This document shows, in pieces, positions 12,701 to 19,764 of a stretch of DNA of 64,000 nt. Position numbers and translations under genes: made by a program. The stretch's first letter is position 1. Each line of letters begins with the position of its first letter. The stretch spans positions 1 through 64,000 of IMG/VR virus record IMGVR_UViG_3300048625_000025; one strand, written 5' to 3'. Source of the stretch: an uncultured virus (IMG/VR IMGVR_UViG_3300048625_000025) (taxonomy: Duplodnaviria > Heunggongvirae > Uroviricota > Caudoviricetes). The notes beneath the pieces are model-generated. The model saw only the letters and a list, made by a program, of their open reading frames with translations, was not told where the DNA came from and made no database searches.

Positions 12701-12705
12701 GCCAT
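727..12705 (-). CDS. Giant baseplate wedge protein (gp7-like) with FG-GAP-like propeller repeats
   Basis: 3992-aa ORF directly downstream of gp6; N-terminal FLPEIFQT, internal FYQGYIKQKGT wedge-type motif, repeated FGxSLAxS...GAP units. Confidence 0.65.
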   Translation of the reverse strand: MAATKTINFLPEIFQTDTNKKFLNATLDQLISEPNFKKVNGYIGRKFAPTFKTTDSYISEIDAARQNYQLEPSTVIVNPQTDTVDFYSSYVDLINKIKFYGGNVDNHSRLFSNEMYSFDGKFDFDKFINFSQYYWIENGPESVMISASGVPTEYSWDVTIDSTTGAYNFASKAGADNNPNITLAYGGKYTFNVKAGEFWIQAKPGTSGFDSDHPNINVRQVLGVANNGATTGSVEFIVPQPNGQSRYTDMPLSQSVDYATTIAFRDINGATSADFISQFNGFDGVSAAINGKRIIFVGSNIDEYYWTSALTNNDVVPTADRSKTWQVQVDQNTDIITLVPAEIVNKNERVYIKSGNTNASKNFFLDYTGFYKEVPLLTAPLKTLFYQNSLSGLSAGIISLVDPASAVIDPASDIVGQKSYISPTGVVFTNGLRIRFDTTAINGYADNEYYVEGVGSAIRLVPVAALIAPELPNLSTHDYLTINRSSLSVNAWSRSNRWFHVDVLKATAAYNNEDLVLDQSLRASRSIIEFEPDVQLFNYGFVAKNPIDIFDTSITNAYTQIENKATDNDTTLTVTNSGITLTLTHGDRVIFSNDSSPTVRSKIYVFKIVDISENINVQQYIGNIVEADDAEIVARNNLLVTGGTSAGKEIWYDGTSWHTAQQKTAVNQAPLFDMYDEAGNSFGDTNYYVNTSFAGTKLFSYKPGTGANDLVLGFPLSYRTFNNVGDIQYENNFDVDTFTYLVSPSTKVESINTGYLHVTTAIDTHDTTNIWTKTTEKSKQYQIIRHTADGTNNLFEIDILPNPSADIPNVKVLVNSKVIDVTNFGLTQIGARYAVLINPTLLAVGDSVDLLIYSSSVSKLGYYQVPSNLDNNSLNGNFTSLTLGQIRNHLITLSQNSQSVTGTVPGNNNLRDINIKANGGNILKHASPVVYSSLFLVDGTMNFVDGLRNAQKEYAKFKNKILELSTQIEIDVNDIAGSLDTIIGTINAVKNSNFPWYYSDMAPWGQNKTTLPLYTVLDPRIREYELTKIFNDTELSNLAVLVYLTRTVNGATTKELLVKGRDYVFNSDRPTITVVDSFNLNYNDIITIVEYSNTDGNYIPETPSKMGMWTSSVPMIYSDDTFASGPVDVIQGHDGSITPAFGDYRDAILLEFERRIYNNIKQELTPLVVQAGSQFPGRFRVTDYSLAEFNQVLSSNFLSWVGNNRLDYTTNNYFQSNNPWTWNYKNFKDVLTGDYLPGTWRAIFDYFYDTDRPHTHPWEMLGFTEKPDYWDDRYGAAPYTGGNLVLWTDLSLGYIHAGDRAGIYAEFARPGLLNIIPVDDNGNLRSPEKFAVLDFDSSKANSSYAVGDFGPVETAWRRSSDYPFVLMQTLALLKPAYFFSNFANIDRYKYNNNIAQYLVSPGNQHLTPTSLEVNGAVDSNGNIQRTAGYVNWISDYLKNLGIGEPQAKIKTYLKNLNVQLSYKAAGFTDKRYINLLAEQGSPNSTSDSIIIPDDNYRVELFKSVPTNKIAYSAVIVERSQNGYTVSGYNLSSPYFTIVPSLSNNNAYTITAGKARGVIYKDYQKVRVRVPYGFEFKTTQEVVDFLVSYQRQLQSQGFVFTEFDNDLGAKQDWILSAREFLTWAQQGWQAGNVIILSPVNQSLSVKSTNTVVDEITNLPTGSKVMDPNFSVIKPSAFSVIREDNKFNISTTKGQTIAFAELHLVQYEHVLIFDNKTSFNDIIYSPDTGNRQYRLKLIGSKTADWSGALNPAGFIYNNNKVDEWQQGKDYKKGSLVSYKNSYYVALGKVVAADLFDIKQWKQIDQNSIKTGLLPNFATNAAKFESIYDINNQPVDEELNFYSNGITGFRERQYLTDLALDVETQSKFYQGYIKQKGTKNAILALAQAQLANISNEITVSEEWALRVGEYGATDSDRFVELQLDEAIITNNPAPIQLLKDNEVPLRGVAHYYPREVYRSSLTHTPDMFGDYVSTADDVGYPTAGYVNIDDVDATIFDIQNFADLGNVLNKIGTGFTIWAAKGFSGDWDVYRVSETECAVTGLSYSINNYATVTTSAEHNLSIGDIVAVRRFDDRFDGFYQVYAINGINSFTIGLRQNYKLLSQLQTVSGNGILFKLASGRMANPTEIDSHTPPYGWVQNDKVWVDTLDAAGNWGVYNKTSPWESATKIYLNSSEYQGQDNFGQSLKISSDGKIMFAGAPNSGTGRAAIFLKTTDGEWLENSNFVVGSTGTSGFGQVIDASDRSFVIAAPRSLSNTGYVYVYSVDVATGVSMSQVITVPTGQANDLFGASLAVSQNGNWLYIGAPGAGKVYAYGLFADSTNIQTLAATGSNNDFTLTNQTITDPSELLVNGDTTLVPNVDFTIIDVSGTYKIRFLVNGMATPPAAGPILVTVHSRYKLIDTWIQGNGFGTSVACNPAGDQIAIGANTATVGSVANAGKGYVYDRMVEGFYANGSNNTFIPVRQIGSTRRVTANNVEQIAGVDYNIVGNNVQFVVAPTAGTLINIETNQFNLIQTLSSSTATDGQRFGTKVVISPDTTKIYFSAPYFNLPYYRSGAVYTFANQGRLYGSIIGTVANPTVTPGHSIRVNTVEIQFTSNTLAHVVSKINGAGIPGITAFDDNGHLKIVSARVTSFNNIGVLTKSNKLDVLPGSGTTLAPGTGTALVDLGLTIFVQTQTITHPMSNENEFFGSALAISDNATTLAIGSTGAKTINGTSFDSTETTFDVGSLNFKDAIANSGAVYIYDLMDNPFESIDNPALFAYVQQLQAPALDDNFNFGASIDIVGNYIVAGAINDYSITARGGSIYAFENTMGTQGWDLIRFNETRVEPNSIDKLYIYNTKTQNITARLDYFDPVKGKLLGVAQQDIDYASITDPAIYNDGTGVDTGPTSKFDTTFHWTNAQVGKTWWDTDQMRFIDYEQGDIVYRSKHWGDMFPGSNVKVYEWVESSVLPSKYVESGGNGIPRDDSNGAFVSYTFVDAATGLFKTLYYFWVSDKTTVDVIKTNRTNSVSTIQQIIKNPKDQGISYVAALAKNAISLYNVNSFLTGTDAVLHIDYSPATSTNIIHSEYQLVEENSDATPIPTRIITKMQDSLSGLDRAGLVVPDPELTAVAQVGIDIRPRQTMFVDRLAALENFVKYVNSIFALYPIVDSRDISTLEAGAPIPAAGTGEWDAKIAERIELDYIVTSALADGYKILIESDSEHSGLWTIFKWISATQSWFLVRIQSFATSIYWTKIDWYATDFDYTQKPTHTIDRYYQLDKLALTAGDTIKLNDNGAGRFVYYRVASDLSLTQVGIQDGTIELSSSIYDLESGNMAFDNDNFDTVRFDQNPNQEVRYIFDSVYNDIFTKEIKVEFNKLFFGLVNYIFSEQKSTDWIFKTSFIRVLHKIRDLVQYPSYVKDNQTFYEDYINEVKPYRTQIREYVPLYRGTDYLHAGATDFDLPSYYDTVSSTFRSPDGTYTTDAELLTTANYADWNNNHTYSVVEIDIANGGTGYTLTPNVEVSGGNGSGVVAHATINVTYGNVASVTIISPGSGFTTPPVVTVNGNGTGAILVPKLKNVFFKPDPASSYNTVRTFDTTIKFDRTNFTSNVVDWAANTAYSATVSTGTGTGNIWLASGNLVTYNNIIYKPVAANANTHATFDSSLFEVVNAGNALIRANDRIMGYYQPGVGMPARVVSMLIDGTEYPGVNVTGGKFDSFTSNVNVGATVAFFSANSSIISTNANVDFIELGYELNQQITVIGSANNNKVFGIVDVSANTMILDTALVSNESVGANVTLRYLDYTDTSKIDGTISSSYLDSALGTRPEDINIDGGAYVDTFSSHAPEELIPGRVYDTLSMTVFTKISGNTVTLGHRVFQNMNGQVQYHRITDANTTTLIADLSLSDSNVHVTNASVLPAPNAEQGHPGIVFINGEKITYYTIDTVNNVLGQIRRGVDGTGAPLTHVAGSRVVDASMQQIVPGSTTTESWLNMTANVADGTGFEGSTTSEVTFLKASPSYTP

Positions 12706-12724
12706 TATTATCTCAATTTATGTC

Positions 12725-15700
12725 TTATACAATATTTAACCCAGATGCAGTCTGGTTCAATTGTGATGCGGTGATTGCGCTGATAATTTGTACGTTATCA
12801 ACTGTAGCTGCACTAGTAATGATTTCATTTGGCTCTGCATTGATTTGATACAGGCCGCCAAATTGTCCTTGTCCCGAACTAGGAACAATGATAATACTAC
12901 TCACGTTAGGAGTTAGTTTGTTATGTAGATATGCGCTCAACTCAGAGAAGTAAAACGTTTCGCCAAAGTCCCAGTTAGTGATGTCAAAGTATGCGTTAAT
13001 GGCCGAAATCACTTGACTCTTAATGTCATTGTCGCTTACTGTAACGTTAGGGTTTTTAACGATTTTAAATGTTGCTTGTAATGCCAGTGGAGCCTTAGCA
13101 CCAAAGATTGGCTTAAACTTAGCAGAGTTATAAATGATAGTATCACTCATTGCTTTTAAGTTCTCTAGGGTACTAAAGTCAACTCGCAATTCTTCAGTGG
13201 TAGGAGCAACTGGCTGCGTGATTTTATTGCTGCTATCACGGATCCATGCTGTGTACAATGTGTTGTAAGTCTTTGTTAACAAATACAAATCCATGATGTT
13301 GTTTGGACTTGGGTCAATGCGACGGTTGTTAGGACTATTGTGACGGTATTGGAAATACAAGTCTTGGCGACCAACACGGGCAATATATTGAGTATTCTCA
13401 ATTAAGTTTCCGTTAGTTAGTACATAGAATTTGTTTTCAGTAAATGCGTAGAAGATCTGTGTCTCGTTATATAGACTTGCATTTAATGAAATTGCTGTTT
13501 TAGTTCCGTAAGTAGCAACAATCGTGCCAGCATCAACTACTACGTAATCAACGAAGCTGCTGTAACTTACCACTTGCTTGAAGTATACATATTTGTTAAA
13601 TGTATTAACTGCTGGAGCCACTAGAGTTTCAAACAATGTAGGATCATCAGGGATACCATCGTTATTTGAATCAGGGAAAGTAATCAATACTTTCTTAGTG
13701 TCTTGGTAGCCGTCGGCTTGCACAATGCTGTTATATACATACCAATTTTGATCAACTGACAGCGCCGCAGAAGAATCAGGCATGCTGTTAGTCTTCAAGA
13801 TCTTAATGTGGTCTTTAAGAATCAAGCCAGTGTTACTGTCGTAAGTTTTAACTTTAGGGTCAAAGTAGAAACGAGTTTCTAGTACACTCTCGATATAGTA
13901 ATACAAATTACGCTGAGTAATAGTGTACTGACCGTTGTTGTAAGTGAATGCCAAATACCAGCTGGTATCTACTGCTGTACCTGCAGAAGCCAGATCGTAA
14001 TCGCCTAAACTCAAGTTAGTGTTAGGAATAATGTTCCATGTTGGTTGAGCACCAGCTGTTGCAACAGAATAGCTTACGCCAAAGTTTTTGTTAGCTTGAA
14101 TCTGACTTGCAATATTTGAAATTAAAGAAGTTGTCCAGTCATTCTTGAAGACAGGAATAATAGATTCAATTATTGCATCAGTTGGAACAATCTGACTCAC
14201 TACCAATGTCGGCGATGATGTAGAATCAACCGACGCATAAATGTAAGTCTTGTCAGTGTTTAATGTAGGAGTACCTGCTTGCAACTGATTGTTCTTGTCA
14301 AAGTAAAATCCTGTAGGCGGCACAAATTTAATCAATGCACCCATTGTAATGTATTGATAGTTGCCTGTTGCACCGATACCAATGTTAGTACCTGAGTTAA
14401 AGTAACCAGTGGTTGTCCCGTTTGCAATAGAAACTTTAGTCCAATTTGCAGTTGTAGATGGAACAAACGTTGCCGCCGTGTTGTAATACAAATGCACAGA
14501 CTCTTTGGTTGCAATCATTGGTTTGGCAACGTTAAATATAGTCTTGTTAATGTCGTTAATCGTTGAATATGTAAACGATGTTGTGGTATTCTGATAGTTC
14601 TTATACACCATGCCATCTTGTGCAAAGATGTTGGTACTAGAATATTTTCCGCTACTGTCAACTACATCAAGGTAGCGACTGATACCCGAGCTAGAGCGGT
14701 TTACTGCTTTAACTTTTAAAATGTTGTTAAAGCTAGTGAACGGTAATGTATTGTAGTCTTCGCCAGTCACCATACGGTTTTGAGTATAGTACTGTTGAGG
14801 TGCTTTTGTGCGGATATCGTTAATAGACTCTTTTGCACTGCTGTTTGTAACTGTGTAGTTCAAGCTAGCAGAGATAGTTAGAGTTTCGATGCGGTTAGTA
14901 CGGCTAACGTAACTGATGCTAAACGACACAGCCTGCATTTCGTCGGGAGTAATCTTGTAGTTCAATCCGTTGCTTTGACGGTAGTACAAACGGAAGTTAC
15001 CTTGTGGTACGTTTGCAAAGGCGCCGTCACCAAATACCAAGTCAATTTGGTCGTTTGCACGAGTTGCTACTTGGAATAGGTTACGCTGACTTTCTTGGTT
15101 GTATACTACGTTCAATCCGCCAATGGCTGGAATCTGTGTCCACTTAGCGCCAGGAATGTTTGACGATGTTAATTGGTATAACCAGACGTCAATGTCGTTG
15201 ATGTTGTCAAAGTTAATGTTAGCAACACGGTTAGGCAAGCTATCAGTTAGAGAAAAGTCCAAGCTCTTTAATTCACCTTGCTTAAAGTAAACAAAGAAGC
15301 CTGTGTTATTTGATCCGTTGCCTTGGTTGTCATTACGAGACAAGATGTTAAACACACCCGTTGGCTTTGGATCTTTTTCGTAGATATAGCTTTGGTTATA
15401 GCTGGTTGCACTAACTGCCTCAAACGGCATGTTCACTCCTTCAATAGAAGATGTAAACTTGTAAACTGGTAGTACCCCAGGAACAATACTAATGCCATAC
15501 TCATCAGTTAATACGCCATTGATTGTGTTGCTTGCGCCGGGCTTGCCTACTACTTGACTGCTTAACAAGGATGCGTTAATAATAGAAGTAAATTGCTCTA
15601 ACCAGTTTTCGTTTGCAGCATCATTCCAGCTAATTAGCAAGTTAGCTAAGTTTAGGCCGTTGCTGTCAGTAATTGTTTCGGTCGTGCTTACACTGTTAAT

Positions 15701-16057
15701 TTTTAAATAACCAGTGGAAGGTAGGTTTCGTTTAGGATTGTAGCTGATTAGCTTGGCTAGCTTTAATACGCTATCACGACGTTCTGCTGTATCTAAGAAG
15801 TTTTCACGTGCGTTCAAATCTGTACGGAAAGCAAGTGACTGCCCTAGGAACGCAATCAAGTCAATTAATGCGATGTATTCGCTGCTCTCAGTGAAGTCGT
15901 TGAAATCTTCAGGATAATAAGTACGCAAATAGTCAATCATTGACTTGCGTAGCGTTTCGTAATCATAACTTTGGAAGTCCGCATTGCGGAAAGTTTGATA
16001 CAATTTTGTCCAATCCTGTTGGACAAGTAAACTCGTTTGACGTGTTGTAGTAGCCAT
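12725..16057 (-). CDS. gp6: Baseplate wedge subunit, T4 gp6-like
   Basis: DFQSYDYETLRKSMIDYL, NARENFLDTAERRDSVLKLAKLISYNPKR, FGDG, ESINDIRTKAPQQYYTQNRMVTGEDY. Confidence 0.85.
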   Translation of the reverse strand: MATTTRQTSLLVQQDWTKLYQTFRNADFQSYDYETLRKSMIDYLRTYYPEDFNDFTESSEYIALIDLIAFLGQSLAFRTDLNARENFLDTAERRDSVLKLAKLISYNPKRNLPSTGYLKINSVSTTETITDSNGLNLANLLISWNDAANENWLEQFTSIINASLLSSQVVGKPGASNTINGVLTDEYGISIVPGVLPVYKFTSSIEGVNMPFEAVSATSYNQSYIYEKDPKPTGVFNILSRNDNQGNGSNNTGFFVYFKQGELKSLDFSLTDSLPNRVANINFDNINDIDVWLYQLTSSNIPGAKWTQIPAIGGLNVVYNQESQRNLFQVATRANDQIDLVFGDGAFANVPQGNFRLYYRQSNGLNYKITPDEMQAVSFSISYVSRTNRIETLTISASLNYTVTNSSAKESINDIRTKAPQQYYTQNRMVTGEDYNTLPFTSFNNILKVKAVNRSSSGISRYLDVVDSSGKYSSTNIFAQDGMVYKNYQNTTTSFTYSTINDINKTIFNVAKPMIATKESVHLYYNTAATFVPSTTANWTKVSIANGTTTGYFNSGTNIGIGATGNYQYITMGALIKFVPPTGFYFDKNNQLQAGTPTLNTDKTYIYASVDSTSSPTLVVSQIVPTDAIIESIIPVFKNDWTTSLISNIASQIQANKNFGVSYSVATAGAQPTWNIIPNTNLSLGDYDLASAGTAVDTSWYLAFTYNNGQYTITQRNLYYYIESVLETRFYFDPKVKTYDSNTGLILKDHIKILKTNSMPDSSAALSVDQNWYVYNSIVQADGYQDTKKVLITFPDSNNDGIPDDPTLFETLVAPAVNTFNKYVYFKQVVSYSSFVDYVVVDAGTIVATYGTKTAISLNASLYNETQIFYAFTENKFYVLTNGNLIENTQYIARVGRQDLYFQYRHNSPNNRRIDPSPNNIMDLYLLTKTYNTLYTAWIRDSSNKITQPVAPTTEELRVDFSTLENLKAMSDTIIYNSAKFKPIFGAKAPLALQATFKIVKNPNVTVSDNDIKSQVISAINAYFDITNWDFGETFYFSELSAYLHNKLTPNVSSIIIVPSSGQGQFGGLYQINAEPNEIITSAATVDNVQIISAITASQLNQTASGLNIV

Positions 16058-16102
16058 ATCTATACCTTATTCAGTATTTATGGCGTGTAAAAAGTGGTAC
16101 TA

Positions 16103-16477
16103 TTAAGACATAGTTAGCGTTTGACTATTTTTATCAAACGCTAACGTCATGCTTGTTGTGGTGTTACCTGGCTTGTAAGTCAATGCTATTTGCAGTTGCA
16201 ACCCGTTGCCTAGCTCCTGGATAATAACCTCATCCACTGCAATACGCGGATCGTACCCTACAATCGTTGTTACATCATCAAGGATAACCTTTTTAGTTTC
16301 CTCAGTCAATGGTTCAAACAATATGTTCCAGATAATACTACCAAAATTTGGTTGCATTAACTTCTCCCCTTTGCGAATCATGAAATGATTTAAGAGGTTG
16401 CGTTTAACCAAGTCAAGATCTGTTAATCTAAACTTCTTGACTTGGTTAATTGTGTTAAATCCGCGATAAGTTACCAT
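16103..16477 (-). CDS. gp25: Baseplate wedge subunit, gp25-like
   Basis: 124 aa; LVKRNLLNHFMIRKGEKLMQPNFGS...LFEP...YDPRI. Confidence 0.9.
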   Translation of the reverse strand: MVTYRGFNTINQVKKFRLTDLDLVKRNLLNHFMIRKGEKLMQPNFGSIIWNILFEPLTEETKKVILDDVTTIVGYDPRIAVDEVIIQELGNGLQLQIALTYKPGNTTTSMTLAFDKNSQTLTMS

Positions 16478-16485
16478 AGTAATAT

Positions 16486-19400
16486 TTATGCTGTGCTATT
16501 GCCGGGTAAACTCTGGATAGTTGCTAAATTAGCTGGGCGTAGCTCGGGCTTTAACTGAATGTGAGGTGGATCGCCTGCAGGGTCAAATCTGTATAAGCCG
16601 TACTTGGCTAATATGCCCATGCTCTCCATTGCGATTGCATCTGCAACCCCAATGTCTGCTGCAATACCTAGACCGTGATTGCCAACTGTCTTAACTGGTC
16701 TGCTAATATTACCGTATGGGGTAACGTTAACTGTTGGGTTCCCCGGCAACTGACCGCCAGCAGCAATCCATCCATCGTAAATTGATGTCTGCTCATCCTG
16801 TGTACGCACTGTGCTGCTAATAGTAACTTTCTTGCCGGTTGCTGCTTTGTAGTCACGGGCTGCTTGTAGCAATCGATCCTTAAAGTCAACGGTTGCAACA
16901 TCAAAGTGAGCTGCATCGCCGCTGCGGTTTGTGAATGTAAACACTTCGTTGGGATCAATACCAGTGGTAGATGGAGTTATAGTCCCAACTGCTCCGCTAG
17001 CTGCGCCAGCAGTTGATATACTTAATACGTCAATCGCATATCGACCTTGATTGTATGCAGAATCTGGTGTTTGCTTCTGCTCATTGGTGATGTTATTACC
17101 CTGTTCTCTCCAGAACTTAGCTTGGTCAGGCGGACTACCGCTAAAGAATCCACGCTCACTGTCTCGTAAGAAGTATGCAACACTCATCATGCCTGCAACG
17201 GTACACACATCGTCTTCAATTTGAATACCTCGATTACTTACTAACGCTGTATAGTAATCGTTGAGAATTTTCTCCATTAGCGTGTCTTGTGTTCCTTTTG
17301 CACTAGTAAATCCCGCTGCATCACTAATACCATCTTTGCCAGTCCATGCACCAGCTTGGAATATAGCAGCACCTTTGTACTTTTTAACGTAGTCAGATTT
17401 GATGTATCCGTTGTCACGCAATAGATTAGCGTTGACTGCATAACGACCGATTCTGTTTAGGTCTGTATCTTGTGCAGCATAGTCTGAATTGGATTCTGCA
17501 AATCCAATTTCGATCATCAGTGCTTTCATTTGCGTAGGAATCAGTCCCGGAATCTTAGATTCAGTTGAAGTAATTGCGCCCGGATTTGGGGCATCTTGTT
17601 TCTTCATTGATTCGCCTGGTGCAGGACTTACTACTGACTTGCTCTTTGCAATGTCTGGCCCCGGATCTAGTTTAGTAGATCCTGTTGTTACTGGGTTTCC
17701 GCTGCCGTCGGTTAGAACGCCACCTGATCCTGTTATAACGATTCCGTTAGTGTATTTTTGTGTGTACGCAGAGAATTTAGCAACCCTGTCAGGTAGCCCG
17801 TTTGTACCACCGTTAACAATTCGAGTTACTGCGGTTACATCGCCCCAGTTGACGCCGGCGGTTCTGCTTTTCTTAAACTGGAAGAAGAAGAACAATACTA
17901 GCTTTGCTGCTGTTGCTGGATCTGCTGCTAACTGTGGCTGGTTAACCAAGTCAATGTTCAAGTAAGCTCCTGCTTGGGTATATAAGTCACGACCTGTGAT
18001 CTGAATAAACCCGCGGCCTTTGTACTTTAGTCCATCGCCCGGCTGTGTGTTGCCTAAATCTGCACGACCTTCATATTTCTGGAAGTAGCTGTCTGCTCCA
18101 AGTTCGGTTAAGAACTGGAAGTTACCGGACTCATGGGCACACTGTGCCATAATCGCTGCAATTTGTATTCTATCAGTTAGCCCATATCCAGTTAATGTAG
18201 ACTCAAGCATTGCCTCATTGCTTCCCCCACTTGGGGTAATGTTATTGATGTTAGGTGGCAATGTTTGTCCTGGCGGAGCACACACGCTAGTAGGTTTAAC
18301 TGGCTGTGGTGCCGCAGCAAACTGACTAACTGCTTTCTTTGTTGCACCTTTGCCCGGACCACGTGGCCACGGCTCGTGCGATGGAGTAATTGTAGCAATG
18401 CTTTCAAATACGTCCGCTTGGTTTGACCAAATACCCTTTTTGTCATCCCATCCGGTATCTGTTTGTTTGTTTGTTTTAATATCTGCCACTGGCGTAACTG
18501 CTGCCGGAGCTTCGGTATTAAGCAATACTTTGCTGCCTTGCAGTGCTAGTTTACCATCGCTTAACCATCCGCCATTGGCAGACTGCAAACTCAGCGCACC
18601 GTCTGCTAATACTCCAACTTTACCAGACTGGATGCCCACACTGTTGCTGGCTTTAATTGTGTAATCTTTGGCTTGGCTGTTAATCGACACATCGGCTTTC
18701 ATCTTAATAGAGCCACCGCTGTGCATGTTAATGTCTTTTCCTGCGTGAAGGTTAAACTCACCATCAGTGCGCATGTTAATGCCTGCTGCACTGAATACGT
18801 TAATATGTCCGCCACCAGTAAACTCAAGCCACACACTGCCATCACTGTTAGCAAGATACACAACGCGGTCACTGTCGTTCATTAGCAACTGATGCCCACC
18901 TGCTGTTCGTAAACGCATTAACTGATCAGCACCAGTTGATGATCCATCGTCCATAACAAAAGTGTGGCCACCCTTACGACCTGTAATCGCAGTATCTGCT
19001 TCCGTTAGTGTACCGGCTTTCAACTTAGCTTGATATTGAGGGTTATCCATCGGATCATTAAGCGGTCTACCAGGAGTACTAATACCAAATACAGTGCTAG
19101 GACTTTCTCGCTGGCTGCTAGATCCAATTGCACCACGGAGTCCGTCTCTGTCTAGTCCCTGCTGGATCAAAATGTTTGCCTGGAACTCATGCACAGGCTT
19201 AGGGTTGTTAGTCCAACCTGGTTTAATCGCACCTGTTGAGTTTTCGTTAAATTCTGCCACTGGCCAAATGCTGGTATTTGGATCGTACTTTTCTTTAAGT
19301 CCTGCGGTTGTTAAGTTGTTGTCAACTGATCCACCTGTTCCCATTGCTGGAACCATGTGATGACTTAAATTAGGGTTAATACAAGCAAACCAGAACCCTC

Positions 19401-19752
19401 TGTTAGGGTCGCCTGCAATGAATGTACAGATTACTTGGTTACCAATGTCGGGCACTACTGCCCACATGCCATAGCTATGAGATACGTCTGTAAACTTGTT
19501 GTTTTGTACGTTGTCTGGTTGGAATGTTGTTCCATAGAATGGACTAGCATAACTTACTGTGCGCCAGCTAGACGGGTCATCGCTTTTACCACCCAAGTCA
19601 GGAATCCATACTTGCAAACGTCCTGCCCTAGTAGGATCATTATTGTTTCTAATAATTCCAATGAAGGGCCCCGAGTCAATTCGTACCCCGGGAGTGTCTT
19701 CGCGGCGTACCCGCTCTGGTAATCTATTAACTAATCTTTTATCTGAACTCAT
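16486..19752 (-). CDS. gp5: gp5/VgrG-like baseplate spike with GH19 lysozyme, a second lysozyme-like domain and a C-terminal M15-type peptidase
   Basis: N-terminal DPTRAGRLQVWIP and beta-helix repeats; AQCAHESG...YKGRGFIQITGR...VNGGTNG (GH19); SSTVRT...NHGLGIAADI...DPPHIQL (M15-like). Confidence 0.8.
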   Translation of the reverse strand: MSSDKRLVNRLPERVRREDTPGVRIDSGPFIGIIRNNNDPTRAGRLQVWIPDLGGKSDDPSSWRTVSYASPFYGTTFQPDNVQNNKFTDVSHSYGMWAVVPDIGNQVICTFIAGDPNRGFWFACINPNLSHHMVPAMGTGGSVDNNLTTAGLKEKYDPNTSIWPVAEFNENSTGAIKPGWTNNPKPVHEFQANILIQQGLDRDGLRGAIGSSSQRESPSTVFGISTPGRPLNDPMDNPQYQAKLKAGTLTEADTAITGRKGGHTFVMDDGSSTGADQLMRLRTAGGHQLLMNDSDRVVYLANSDGSVWLEFTGGGHINVFSAAGINMRTDGEFNLHAGKDINMHSGGSIKMKADVSINSQAKDYTIKASNSVGIQSGKVGVLADGALSLQSANGGWLSDGKLALQGSKVLLNTEAPAAVTPVADIKTNKQTDTGWDDKKGIWSNQADVFESIATITPSHEPWPRGPGKGATKKAVSQFAAAPQPVKPTSVCAPPGQTLPPNINNITPSGGSNEAMLESTLTGYGLTDRIQIAAIMAQCAHESGNFQFLTELGADSYFQKYEGRADLGNTQPGDGLKYKGRGFIQITGRDLYTQAGAYLNIDLVNQPQLAADPATAAKLVLFFFFQFKKSRTAGVNWGDVTAVTRIVNGGTNGLPDRVAKFSAYTQKYTNGIVITGSGGVLTDGSGNPVTTGSTKLDPGPDIAKSKSVVSPAPGESMKKQDAPNPGAITSTESKIPGLIPTQMKALMIEIGFAESNSDYAAQDTDLNRIGRYAVNANLLRDNGYIKSDYVKKYKGAAIFQAGAWTGKDGISDAAGFTSAKGTQDTLMEKILNDYYTALVSNRGIQIEDDVCTVAGMMSVAYFLRDSERGFFSGSPPDQAKFWREQGNNITNEQKQTPDSAYNQGRYAIDVLSISTAGAASGAVGTITPSTTGIDPNEVFTFTNRSGDAAHFDVATVDFKDRLLQAARDYKAATGKKVTISSTVRTQDEQTSIYDGWIAAGGQLPGNPTVNVTPYGNISRPVKTVGNHGLGIAADIGVADAIAMESMGILAKYGLYRFDPAGDPPHIQLKPELRPANLATIQSLPGNSTA

Positions 19753-19764
19753 ATATATTCTCTG

